A stretch of 64,000 bases of DNA from Balanoglossus misakiensis (Eukaryota; Animalia; Hemichordata), in the NCBI GenBank assembly GCA_040954595.2, contig CM082586.2:12183337-12247336 (forward strand), in the 5' to 3' direction. Numbering within the stretch: position 1 is the first letter of the stretch; each line of letters begins with the position of its first letter. The translations under genes were made by a program, and so were the position numbers. Under the pieces are notes generated by a model. It saw only the letters and a program-made list of their open reading frames with translations, was not told the origin of the DNA and searched no databases. This document shows, piece after piece, positions 49,936 to 63,356 of the stretch.

Positions 49936-50400
49936 CATCACCATCATCATCAGTATCACCATCTAAACCATTATTATCACCATCACCCTCAGTATCACCA
50001 CCATCACCATCAGTATCACCATCATTACCATCATTATCACCATCACCACCATTATTATCACCACCATCACCATCAGTATCACCATCATCACCATCATTAT
50101 CACCATCACCACCATTATTATCATCATCATCACCATCATTATCACCATCACCACCATTATTATCACTATCATCACCATCATTATCACCATCACCACCACT
50201 ATTATCACCATCAGTATCACCATCACCACCATTATTATCACCATCATCACCATCATCATCACCATCACCACCATTATTATCATCATCATCACCATCACCA
50301 CCACTATTATCACCATCAGTATCACCATCACCACCATTATTATCACCATCATCATCACCATCACCACCATTATCTTAATCAGTATCACCAGTACCACCAG
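48653..50400 (+). repeat. Four tandem ~370-405-bp units, each an ~85-bp unique block plus a (CAY/TAT) triplet tract
   Basis: ctgagagcatgactgcacccagcagatcacccatttac at ~48653, 49039, 49443 and 49811. Confidence 0.92.
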
Positions 50401-51307
50401 ATTCACCATCATTGTCATCACTATTATCACCACCAGTATTATCATATTCAACACCGCTATGTTACGGTTAAAACTGCTGTACCAGTTAGTACAGATCTCC
50501 ATTTACCATGGTAACTGTACTTAAATTTGCATGCATGCATTTTGTCTGAAACACAGACGAACCCGTTACATGATATATTTTACATGTCAAGCAAAATGGC
50601 TGCTACATTTGTACATTAAAATGATACGAGGCAATAGGGGTTCATATGAAGTGCTTTCCTAGAAAAAAGACAACTTTATTTAATTCATTTAATAACAGGC
50701 ATATCAATGATACTTATCTATACCAGTCATAAATTTTCACCAACAGCTCTATGTACTAGGATCATTTTACCCTGGTTTGTACAAACACATTTGCTTTGCA
50801 AAACTCTGTACACAGAATCACAAAGTATGTAATGCCAACTTGAACTATGCATAAACATTAGGCTACCAATTCTGACGAATATTTAAGATGAATGTGACTG
50901 ATTGTCTGGATGAAAATACATCTCTGTGTAACATATATTTATGGTTAAATTAAACCTTTAGTAACATTATTATTTCTGTTATTTTATACCACTACAACCA
51001 CAATGCCAAAGCTAACGCTAGTAACAGATACAACATTACAGCCATTATTCTGGAGTAAATTAAGACCACTAAGAAACAAATATTAACCACCTATACCACT
51101 CAAGACATATTCATTCTCCAACCTATTGCGTCTCAAAGTATCCTGAAGATTCACCAAAACCAGACAATACCACATTGACATATGCTCTGCAGAAACTACT
51201 ATTATTGGTGTCTTTCTTACACAGATATAAAGAACTAATCATCATCATCATTGTTACTGTTTTTGTAACATCTTCATCATTATCATTGTCATCATCATCC
51301 TCATTAT

Positions 51308-51339
<32 letters not shown>

Positions 51340-52378
51340 CAATCATCATCATCATTGTAGTCATTGTAGTCATTATTTTTAGTTATTTTATTATCATCCT
51401 CCTATTATTCATCCTATTATTCCTAATCATTTTTTTTTCTCATATTACATTTGTCTTTCAATTGTCATTGATTTTAAGAATATTACTGCTCCAATTTCAA
51501 CGTGACTGGTGTGATCATCTTCTTTGCCGTAATTTGCATTTGAACATCATGAAGTTAATCCAAACTGAATAGCAGATGCCTACCATGTCGTTTTTAATCC
51601 TCCCTACCTTAAATAGGTTTTAAGCTACCTAAGTGAGTGATGAAAATCTCATAATATGATCGACACAATTTCAAGATGGCCGATTTTTGCCATGTTTAAG
51701 AAATGGGAGTTCATGAGCTAAAGTGATATTGAGTCTTTCTGAATCTTTGTAACAGAAAAAATAACAAAATGTGAAAAAAGTTTAATGAGTTTGATATGTT
51801 AAGTACAAAGACAGACATGTTTGACCAAAGGAAGTCATAACATACAGTAAACATATCATTTATTCTATCTCTTACTACAGTGAGTTGTCGACTTTTTACC
51901 CAGAATGCAATTATTATAATGTGATTTGACCCCCTAGCACAAAGTGAACACCTATTAAAGGCAGCCAGAATTCTGCACCATCTGCCAATTATGCAATATT
52001 TAAGCTGTCAAGTAAAACAATAAAGTACATCGTATACAAAATTTTACTTCCCTGCTCAAAGATCGGCTGCAATAATGTACATCTATTTCTGTAATCTTCA
52101 ACTTTTTCCCACAAGTCCTGTCATCTAGATCACATGGAAAGTTCCTCCTGCAATTTAAGAAAGTTGAAAACAATTTTGAGCACAAAATCAAAACTTTCAA
52201 AAAATATAGAAATCATGGGTAAGAGGAACTCATATGTTTTCATCTTCAAATTTGTATACAGTTGTTTATAAAAGTGTTGCCAGTTCTCATCCACATATAA
52301 AAATGAGATAACTACAGAGCCTTATATTATAATCCTAAATTTTAAAATTTAGGAGAACATTTACTATAGTTCTAAGCA

Positions 52379-52742
52379 GGAAAGTTAAAGGACAAAGTCT
52401 CTCTTTGCTACCCTTTTCCCAATAATTATGTTTGATACAAGACACCGTTTATGTTAATGTATATGTGGATATATAGTGAACCAACGTTCAACCACACACA
52501 ACTTCCATCCCGCTTGTAGACATGAGAGTGAAAAACTCGCCAAAATGAATAATCAGTGTCTACCATTTATTCATTTTCGGTGAGCTTTCACTCTCATATC
52601 ATACAAGTGGTATGGAATTTGTGTGTTGTTGAACGTACATTCACTACATATACAAATGTTCATTAACATAAACAGTGTGTTGTATCAAACCTAATTAATG
52701 GGAAAAGGGCAGGGAGAGAGAGACTTTGTCCGTTTAACTTCC
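52379..52742. mobile_element. Fully palindromic foldback/MITE (~364 bp)
   Basis: ggaaagttaaaggacaaagtctctc...tgagagtgaaaaactcgccaaaatgaataa mirrored by ttattcattttcggtgagctttcactctca...gagagactttgtccgtttaacttcc. Confidence 0.8.
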
Positions 52743-53269
52743 TAGGCTGTGAATACTGAAATACTTGAATAGACGCAGACATGGTCAATTGTCAATAGTC
52801 TCCTCAGTAAAAGTCCAGAAAATGTTACCACAGGCAGTTCAACATTAAGATGATACAGTTGGTGTTTGAATCAAGGGTGCTATTCTTTTGAACTTTATGC
52901 AAATGTGCAATTCAGATCATTGACTCAGAACAGCAGCTCACATTGTAAAATATTGGAAAATGCTTCACAAATCATCATTGATAATCATGATCACACCGAA
53001 AAAAGATTAGATAGCACAATTTTATTCCTACACTTTACATGGGGTGTAGTAAGTTGCAGTGCAGTGTACAGACTAAAACTGCAATGGAATTCTCTGCAAT
53101 TCTTACTCTCAATCTTGCCTTACTTGATGAATATTTTGTATACTAGTATGATTGTCATAATGGCAACAGAAAAAATGTCCCTCTCATTATCAAAAGGCCC
53201 TTAAAGTGGAGACCACCGGCAAAAATGACCTCAAATCTCTGATCCTAGATTCACCACTGCACAAACACA

Positions 53270-54343
53270 CATTGTGTCCGCTGTGGAAAAATCATATTGA
53301 CAGGCTAAAAATATTGTGTATGGAGACATTTACATAACCAAAACAAAAAAGTCCCACTATTTATACAAAGTATGTTTATCAGTGACCAGATGTGTTTGCC
53401 AACCTTTATATGCCAAGATTCAGAAGCGCAGCTGCAGCTGTTTCTGAGATCTAGGTGAACAAAAAATTATAATGACTCAAGAAAAAAGAAGAAAAAACTC
53501 CAGTAATTACAGTAGGGACCCAAGCGCCCCTTAAGACCCAAAACACCAAAAATTGCCCTAAGAACACAAATTTCACCAACACTTTTCATTACCTACTTGA
53601 GTTCCCACATGATAATTCCCACAAAATGTCACAGCAATATTGCTTCAAAAGTGGTAAAAACACAAGAATGCAAGTATCACCAGAATTGTACAATGTCTTA
53701 CTTCAATCACCATAAGGAATGTGCCTACAAAATTCAAAGCAATCTGACAAACGGTTTCATAGAAAACAATTTTTTGTGCAAAATCCCCCCAAATTGCCCC
53801 AAGAACACGAATATGGAAATTTCACCAACAAGGTATGTACGACAGCTTACTTGGGTTATCCCTAGGAACATGCCTACCAAAATCCTAATGATTCTGGACA
53901 AGAGGTTTCAGAGAAATGATTTTTTAACAAAAATCATAAAAATTACCCAAAAATTACAAATATGCAAATTATGCAACAAACTGGAAAAAATGACTTAGAT
54001 TACCTATTGGAAGCTTCATAATAAATTTTAAAGCAATCAACCCATGATTGTTTACAGTCTATAATATAAAAAAAAGACTAAAATCTTCATAAAAATAGAA
54101 AATTCATGATATTAACTAAAATTTTGAGGACTGTGTGAGGTTCAGTGGTTGACATAAGGTACATCCATACCAATTTTCAAAGCAATTTGCCCAATAGTTG
54201 TTGAGTTTCAGAGTTTTGACCAATTTCACATTTTCAAGCTAATTTGCATATTTTTGAGAATGACAACTTCGTTTATATCAAGGTGATATGCCAAGTGGTT
54301 TCCAAGTTTTTATTTGGATTGACATACATACCATGGGACCTAA
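53270..54343 (-). mobile_element. Degenerate HINE-like repeat(s), related to 17548 and to 3290-3700
   Basis: Ends catacataccatgggacctaa (reverse complement of ttaggtcccatggtatgtatg); 53650-53990 resembles the reverse complement of 3340-3560. Confidence 0.5.
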
Positions 54344-57300
54344 ACACAACGTTTCAGTCAACTTTATGAGCGTTGCTAGTCTAGTGAAATTCAAGTTGTA
54401 ATTGCTCGGATAGAAATTTGTCTAGTCATGCTTTATATGGATAGTTTTGGTTTGCTATGGAACTACTGACTATTTGGCTTGTTGTATGAATACGACTATG
54501 AGTAAACATTCATACAAACTCGTTATTATGATATAAAAAGCCTAAAAATGCATCTGAAACCCAATTTTTCGCTTACTATGAATATGTGTAATAAAATTGA
54601 ATCCTTCGTCAATGCTGGCCGGGGTCACAAATTATGTCACGGCATGTTTTTTCGTAAACACGATATTAAATTTAATTAAATAGGACCTAATGTACTCACT
54701 GAAACGTTCAAGTCGACCAACGATATTCCATGCACACTGTGTAACATCTTCAGAGGGACTCCAGCATAAAATTTGGATTCAAACGCGCACACAAATCATA
54801 ATATACTATTCTTCGTGTTCAGTGACGGCATCCATCCCGAATATTCTCGTCAGAGAGATAAAGTGCGCCATGACACCTTTGTGACGCAATCGTGTAAAAT
54901 TCCATTACGTTGGACAACTTCCACTGCCTGCGCTAGAAATACACAAGAAACTTGAACTGTTCATGATAAAACTTGCACCTGGACCTCTGGCGAATACTTG
55001 GAACCAGTATTTCAGGAATAATATTCCATTTTGAGGGCTTCGCGATCCATTCAATCCGAGCGATGGAAGTCAGAGATTCAAATCGCTACGCCATGACACC
55101 ACGACTATACAGCGCCCCCAAGGCCATGTTTTGTTTTTGTCAGCTGGCTCCAAGTACGAGTGTTCATTGCAAGCCGTGTAATATATAAGGCCAGATGGCC
55201 CAGACTGCTATGAAAGTTTCCCCGGGCAGTGTATCTAATACAGCGGATGTTATATAGCGATTCCCTTTCGCTACAGTCACGGTGACCAGCAAAGCCATCC
55301 TTTCCTTTTAGCATATAGCGCAGTCAGCGTGGGAATGGGCGGGGGAACAGACCAGTACTGGAAAGTAAAACTGTAAAAGTAAAACGTCTTTTCATATTTT
55401 AATAGACGAACTCTGCAAAAGTTTTATTCCCAAACATGAATTTTGAGATATTTAAAACTTGTATTTAATAGCAATTTAGGCCTACACTGGCCTACATAAT
55501 CAACATTTTTTCACACCGAGTAGGCTCGGATGCGTAACATTATGTACCGATCATGCCGATTTTGGAGAGAAAATTGTCCCCAAATGGCAAATATTTCCCT
55601 CAGCCCATAATTGGTGGGATAAATTCGTAGAGTCTGGTCGGAATGTCGGTTGATGAAGAGACGGGAACACGAGTAGAGTAGATTTAAACGCCAATGATAG
55701 GCCCATGACTTTATTTCAAAAAGGATCAACCGTGGATATACTGGACAAGGCCTGTAGTCCAGGCTGGACCCCACTCTGGAACGAACTCCTTTAGTGTAGA
55801 ACAGGGTGTAGAATGAACTGAAATGTGTTGGAACCCCCTGACTTTAGGAGCTGAAATCCACTCCTTTGTATATGCTGTAAAAGACAATAAATTTTCGCGA
55901 AATACGCGCAAGCCAAAATAGCGTGAAAATAAAAAGTCGCGTAATTTTTTTTAAGATGACGACGCAGTGAATGAAATAAGAGAACGCGAATATTAAAACT
56001 CGGGAATTAAAACAGTGGCCTCTCTCGATATCGCGAAAATTTCAACTCGCGAAAATAAAGTGTTTAGGCCTAACAGTAGTCATGGTAGCCTGAGGTTCTC
56101 CCATCCCATTTCCCGTTAGATTCTGCATTAATTCGGCATATCAACTCAACTCTAATGTACCAATTTACACAAAGCGTTACATAACAGAGTCAGTTTGTTG
56201 ATTTTTTTCTTTCTTTTCGTTAAAATTCAGCAATTGCAGGTTATTAGTTACAATTACTTCATGAAATCTAGAATGGTGCGACCTTTATAATCGACCTATT
56301 TCGCTCTCATCTGTGTTTTCAAAGATCTTTGAAATTGTCTCTTGTTTACTCAAGTTTCTTGTATACCCCAGATAACAAGTTTGGTTACCCAGACCCCTCT
56401 GCTTCTTCCGCTGCGCTCCCGAAAAGAGTGCAGCGGAAGAAGCAGACTCACCTGCTTTTTCCGTTGGACACTCCAGAAAGAAGGATGGTCCCGCAGAATA
56501 TACCCCACGAGGACGCTGTTGCTGACCTTCGACCCGTAGACTTTGACCCCGTAAAGCGTTGTAAACACATTTGAGATGCAGGCTAGCGAATCTGCCAGTT
56601 CGTTTTAATGGCACATTTTTTCTGTCGTCAACTCCAATGTCGCCTTTTCTATGGACGTTACTTGGCCAGTGTTCGTTACACATCCAGGACAGTGTCAATA
56701 TTTCTGTGAAAGAATAGCGGAAAACATGCGAAGCCAAGGAGCGAGCAACCAGCTGTTTCATGCCCCCAACACTGTCCACCATCATTATTCCTATATACAG
56801 ATTTGGCGCAGTGAGTATTGAAACATTACAGTATTTAGTGTGTTTTAAGATATCACAGATAGTTTTCACGACTTAATGTGTGGGTAGAATCACATTCGTC
56901 GAAATAACGCTGCTGTAGTCCCCTGATTCAGTCCGTAAACAAGGTAAGCTTGAGACATGGACGATCGACAATCAGTTTCCGCTGTTGATTTCGTCCTATC
57001 GCAACTCAGTAACTGGGGCCGAGTGATGCTCCATACATTAAAGTTCATGACTATTGACACCAATTGCAAAATATCAATGTTAAGGCGTGCTTTCAGAGAA
57101 TATTCAACCAGAAAACCGACAACAATTGATGACCTCATGTGACCTTTACTGGTTGAATCAGGCGACCACTGCAGTGTGATTCCAACGTTTGTGGGAAGAC
57201 CACAGGGAGCTCTTCCTCCTTGTTTGTAGTGTGTGTGTGTGTCTTTGTTTAATATAATAATGTGTGACAAAAATATTTATGTTTACAAATATGGTCATGA

Positions 57301-58167
57301 TTGTTTGTTTGTTGAGCGGTTAAGGGGAGTAACCCTTTCTGTGGAATATACCCACAAAGGTGAACAAATTTGTAAACAAACATTTTTCACAGAGTTGTTT
57401 TATTATATCCGCATTGCATCCAGCATGATCGCAGAAAACATCACCAATAATCCAAAATTGGAGTTGATGGCTTTATTTGGGACTATCATTATTTGGTTAT
57501 AGTCCACGGGCCAGAGACCGACAAACTCCCCCCCCCCTGCACCCAAGGAGTTTTTTTGCAGACATAAATTTTGGGAAAGCCTGTTTATCCAGCTGTCAGA
57601 ATGAGGTTAAAAATAAAATATTTCAGGATCTGAGAAAGCTAGAGATAAAATTCAAACATTCAGTCTTATAAAGTATGGTACAGGCTATCCAATGATTACA
57701 TGACTGACAAGGTCAGAGGTCAAGTTCAAACTTTGGGTCAAAATGAAAATTTCTCTATTTGCATATTGATCATACATAGTTTTGATTTACCTGAATACGG
57801 TTTGCTCGAAGAAGCTGTAAATTGGTCATCAGGGTCACCAAAATTGTAAGGGTTATCTCCTTGTTTTACCACTCATACTGATGGCTAAAATCTTTCATTG
57901 AATGTTTAATGTAGTCTGCCTGCAGTTGACAAGAATCTAACTAGTCAAAAACAAAAGAGAACTTTCCTAAAATAAAATAATTATGAAGAAAGGTACAACG
58001 ATAGAGAGTGTGACTTAAAATTGCTAATCTCATATACAGTCAATTCAAATTACAGGTTGTTATTTTCGTTCCTGACACACTTCCTAATAGACCCCTTAAC
58101 TTCTCCCGATTAGAACATGGTTATCATAGTCAGTCAAGAGATAACAATATTCTTCATGGAATTTGAA

Positions 58168-58396
58168 ACATCAGTTTCAAATTCTTTTCATGGGAGCGCT
58201 GTTTTTCTTTTTTACAAGATAGATAGGTGATGTGTTTGGTCTGTGAAAGACAATGGGGGGATTTCAAATTTTTGGCAGTTCGGAAGGGGGGATTTGAAAA
58301 TATTTCGGGTTGTGTACGGTGGGCATGTGAAATTTAGCGGTAAAAAAATTGAATTCTCTTGCCCCCCCCCCTCCAGAGGTGTTTGTGAATGCAGCC
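58168..58396 (+). mobile_element. 3' fragment of the Harbinger-type MITE at 10897-11692
   Basis: Near-identical to 11446-11692, including the terminal ccagaggtgtttgtgaatgcagcc. Confidence 0.85.
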
Positions 58397-59047
58397 TACA
58401 GGAGGTGGAGACTTCGGGGTCAACCCCTCTACTGTCTATGCCCCACACCCTATCTTATCAGTTGTAAATCTAGAATGCAAGCTATCAAATTTCCAATAAA
58501 TATGGTTATGTAGAGAGAGACTTTGTCCTTTTAATTCAAATTTATTTACACAAAACTTGAGTTTACAAGGAAATATTAAGGAATACTTTATTTTTGTTTT
58601 CCAGGGTCTGGCCCTACAGCTATTTCTTAGTTCGGGAAATAACAAATTAACACAATTTTCGTATGTTCAGATGTCAAAATTTATTCAATCGAGGTGAACT
58701 GGCAACGCGGGGCAACAGCTAGCTCTGCGTACAGGTCTGTGTGTTCCTGGCGTTACACGGCCTCCACGCCAAGAACACTGTACGCAGAGCTGGGCTATAC
58801 CATAGCAAGGCTGGCGATTACACCAACTGGTAGTGGTTTTGAGTGGTTTGACTAGAAAATTCTGTCTGTAGACCAAAACTCGTTCACCGATCGCCGTTTT
58901 GGAGCACACCGCATTTATATTAGACAGCAAATCGCCCCAAAACGTCTCACAACTTGTACAACAGCCCCTTTTTGAACTTTATGCAGCGAGAAAGACATGC
59001 TCAGCCGCCGCCATCTTGATTTACGCGGAAAGGATTGTAAGGGCAAT

Positions 59048-59215
59048 ATTAATTCGACACAACGTAAAATAATTCGACACAACACGTGAAATTAATTTGA
59101 CCAAACAGGTGATATTAATTCGACACTACACGTGAAATTAATTCGACACAACACGTAAAATTAATTCGACACTACACCTGTAATTAATTCGATTGTACAC
59201 GTAAAAATAATTTGA
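59048..59215 (+). repeat. Short tandem repeat, ~23-bp unit attaattcgacacaacacgtgaa, ~7-8 copies
   Basis: Direct inspection; adjacent to a YY1-like ccgccatcttg at ~59008-59018. Confidence 0.85.
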
Positions 59216-60660
59216 GATATTGTTGGCAAAATTATTTCTAACAAAGATAAGCTAAAATATTTATTTAGAACACATAAAATGATTTCTGCATGACTACAAA
59301 AAATAATTAAAGCACATAAAAAATAATTCTACATACTGGTAAAATTAATTCCAGGCTCTATACAATTAATTCTAACATGTTTTAGTAATAAACTACAATT
59401 TTGACCAGAACGAGCCCAAATAGATACCGGTAGTACATGTTACTTTGGGTGTTTTTCTCAATGTTTATAATGTGTTTTCATTGCCTGTTCTACTTGTGTC
59501 TGAACATATTTCAAGCTTCATTAGCTGTACAACTTTGTTTTCAATATTTTTGTTTTAAGTATTTACTGCAGTGTCTTCTTCAGAAAATGGGACTTCAAGA
59601 GTTGCAAGTTCAACATCGAATTAAAAATTGGAAGTCATGAATTAAAAATGGTGGTTTGAATACTGGCCTTGATAATGCTCCATATTAACTAGGTTTGTTA
59701 CTCTTTTTGGACAGGCAATTTCACCACCAAAGATGACTTCCCAGCAGGCACCAGCTGCTGCACTGAAAGCCGTAGAAGGTGTCATGCAAATGGCAAATTG
59801 CTGATGTGAATCCTATCAACTCCAAGCCCTAGAGATGGTCAGGTACTGATTCACAGCCACAAAGAGGTAGGTACAGTCAAACCTGTCTATACTGGCCAGT
59901 CAAGGGACTTTCCTAAACTGGCATTTATAGACAGGTGGCTTCTATAGACGGGTCAATTAATGTGCAATGTACATGTACATGAACTGAAACAAAGTGGCCA
60001 CTATATAGTGGTGGAAACAAACACAGATTTGACTGTCAAATATGTTATGTTGCCACTGCAGTCATTTCGATTGGTTTGATTATACTTTGCCAAAACCTGA
60101 GGAAAAAATATTCAAATTCCCCTTTTCATATTCTCCTATCAATGGTATAATACGCCAATGTCTTGGTAAAATTTTGGTGACATTTTCTGCTAACTGCTAA
60201 AGGCAAATTAACATTTGTTTTTTTCAGTATTTTTCACTGATAGAATTAACCCTAGTTTCTTGTTCAGCTCTGGATAGCTTTATGAAATGTTCAGTCTTTA
60301 GCTTTTCAACAGAACTTGTACATGAGTAATGGGCAGTGTGAATATTAAATGAACTCAGAATTTATTTTTCAACAATAACAATGTTTAACAATATGTAGAA
60401 CACCATTGTTTGAAAACCAAACTCTGAGTACCTTGATCGTGCCATCTGTTCGACCGTGTCATTAGTTCGACCTTCCACTATTCTTTCGATAATTAATTAT
60501 TTTATAACCTCAAAGTGTTGGACCAGTGCGTAATTGCCTACTGTGAATTTCCAGCCATTTGTTTCTGGTTGAATTATTGGCGTGATTACGGTAATTCTTA
60601 ATGTTTTACAGAGTAGAATAAGACATCACGGCTGATATCCAAAGTTAATGTTGGAGTTAT

Positions 60661-60975
60661 TTAAGCAATAAAACACCCCCAGCCATGGTATACCACGAGA
60701 TTTTGACCAGTTCACTTCATATACGCACGAGTGATAGCGAGTGCGTATATGGAGTTGAACAGGTCAAAATCTCGTGGTATACCATGGCTGGGGGTGTTTT
60801 ATTGCTATTATATCATGCCAGTATATTGAAACTTTGCATAAAACATTTTAAAAATGCATTTTCTTTGACTATGATAAATGACTGTGGTATATGACTAATA
60901 TATCACAGTCACGTGTCGTGTCTCGACCAATAAAATAGCGTGATTTACACCATCAATATACTGGTATACTATAAT
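60661..60975 (+). mobile_element. Copy of the hairpin element family at 30550-30844
   Basis: ttaagcaataaaacacccccagccatggtatacc... palindrome; body matches 30565-30730 in reverse orientation. Confidence 0.75.
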
Positions 60976-61039
60976 AACGATTTAATACTACTGTGTTTAC
61001 TTATGCAGTCATCGATGCAAACAGGAGTGCAGTCAACAC

Positions 61040-61356
61040 AACCGACAGTATACACATGATGACTGACAATGAGGGCAACAGTGTATTTTGATGACCGAGG
61101 GTGCTGCTAGTCACAACTAAAACAGTCTTGTTTTCCCGAGGGCATAGCCCGAGGGAAAACAGACTGTTTTGGTGTGACTGGCAGTCCCGAGGTCATTAAA
61201 AATACACTGTTGCCCGAATATGTCAGCCATCATGTGTTTTATAACACACCAAACCGATCGAACTGATGCCCCAGGCAACAGTTCGAAATGACTAAGGTCA
61301 CGTGATGTCTTAATGACGAATCACGATCGAGGGTTCGCTGCATGGTGTGTTATAAT
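61040..61356. mobile_element. Hairpin-bearing non-autonomous element (Crypton-like architecture) interrupting an exon-like sequence
   Basis: ~95-bp imperfect inverted repeat centred near 61145 (ggcaacagtgtatttt..aaaacagtc / gactgtttt..aaaatacactgttgccc), then a short tail ending ggtgtgttataa. Confidence 0.6.
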
Positions 61357-62925
61357 ACCTAATGTGAGCTGCAGCAAGAATCCACCTGTCACCACTGGCA
61401 CCAATGTTGTTCGAACTCTGACACAGCCACAAGTACATGTACAAAACCAGTCATTGGTATGTTATGTTATGAACTGAGTTATAATACCCATCTATCCCTT
61501 TTGCCTGGCAAGTGACATTTTATCACTTTTCAGTATTTTAATAGAACTGCATTTGGATAATTTGTTACCTAACATGACATCAGAAGATGGCAGCTTGATG
61601 TCTTAACTGAGGACATTGGATGACCAGTAGATAAAGATTTTCTTTGATATCAATGACATCAGACGCAGTTCCGTTGGCATTCAAATTTCCAGCTAACGGG
61701 GAATTTCAGCAATGTGGTGCAAATGACGACTGTGCAGACGAATGCCAAGATGCTGTTGAGGCACCATGACTGATACATGTTACCTGTCTGGTGGTTCTAA
61801 AGTATAAACACATATGGAAAAATAGTATACGGGATACCACAATATTGTTTTCCCATTACCTGGAAATGACAATGCTTTGGGTCACATGGCCAGATCATGT
61901 GATTGATATTTAAGGGTGACCCTTTTTTTTATTTGTTTCTCATCTCCAGAGGAATAGTCAGGCAGGACGGGCGGGCGAAATAAAAAAAAACGTGAACCAA
62001 AAAAAAAAACCTGTTTCAGTTCCATGTTTTATCCATTACAAACAAATGTGTAGGCCTATTTGTTTCTGTTCAATGTTCTGGCTGTTCAGTCATTGCAATT
62101 TCTTATCTTTCAGTCCAGTGTTTTGTGCTCTCTGTCCTTTTAGTCACTATAATTTCTTGTCTTTCTCTTTAATGCTCTGTCCTTTCATTCTCTACAATTT
62201 CTTCCCTTTCCTCCGGCCTCGATGGCTTCAGCCATGGTCCGACACGACCGCCATGATGAATATGACGTCATATTTGCAAAATCTCACAATTAGCCGTTGG
62301 GGGCGCTGTTGCTAGGATGATCGCCTCAGGCTCAGAGTCGGCGCAAATAAAACAGTTTTTTTTATTTTCATGTCGGAGCTGAAATTTACGGTCGGTCGGG
62401 AGATGAGAATCACAGAAAATAAAAACGTCGCCCTAAGCAATAACCCCCACCGAAGGCGGGTATACGCGATATTTGGGTACAATTCGAGACATATAGCACA
62501 AGCCGTCAGGCGAGTGCTATATGGAGGGAATTGTACCCAAATCAAGTGTATACCCGACTGAGGCGGGGGTTATTGCTATTATATTATATCAACAATTGTT
62601 TTTGTGGCATATCAGTGTCATTTTCTTACTGAAACGGCGTCAGAAAGAGAAATTACGATCGTGAACCAACATGGCGACGATGAATGTAAACACGAGCGGC
62701 CGGGATCGAGCATTAAACATGAAGCAGATGACAAAAAGTGACAAGACGGGCATCGCGCGTGACAAAGTGACAAATATTTTCACAGAGCAGTTCCAAAATG
62801 AAACATCTGTTCATTCAACAGTATTTTTGTTTTATTTATTTGATTTAAACACGCGCGACTGTGGTTTAACCGCACATTTTTGCTGCCGTATGCTAGTTCA
62901 GCGGCCCGTTTTAGCAGTGCATTAT

Positions 62926-63248
62926 TATTGAGTATTATATTATACCAGTATATTGATGGTGTAAATCACACTATTTGATTGGTCGAGACAGGACACGTGA
63001 CCGTGATATATTAGCCATATACCACAGTCATATATCATAGTCAAAGAAAATGCCTTTTTAAAATGTTTTATGCAAAGTTTCAATATACTGGCATAATATA
63101 ATAGCAATAAAACACCCCCAGCCATGGTATACCACTCGATTTTGACCAGTTCAACTCCACATACGCACTCGCTATCGCTTGTGCGTATATGTTGTGAACT
63201 GGTCAAAATCTCGTGGTATAACATGGCTGGGGATGTTTTATTGCTTAA
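62926..63248 (-). mobile_element. Third copy of the hairpin element family
   Basis: Near-identical to 30550-30844 in the same orientation. Confidence 0.8.
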
Positions 63249-63356
63249 TTTTAGCATCGCTGTATTGAGCTCTCGTCCAATCAGAATTGTGGACGGTAGC
63301 ATGATATAATATAATACAGAATTATTTACAGTCATGATTTGTATGTGTTATTACAG

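Noticed and set aside
48557-50502. Asp/Gly-rich and Met/Val-rich ORFs as a biomineralisation or acidic protein
   Set aside because: They arise from (CAY)n tracts in tandem duplicates that shift frame between units; there is no signal peptide or coherent exon chain.
54773-54955. Trypsin-like protease fragment (IHPEY...HD)
   Set aside because: Only a short motif; no AAHC or GDSGG motifs nearby.
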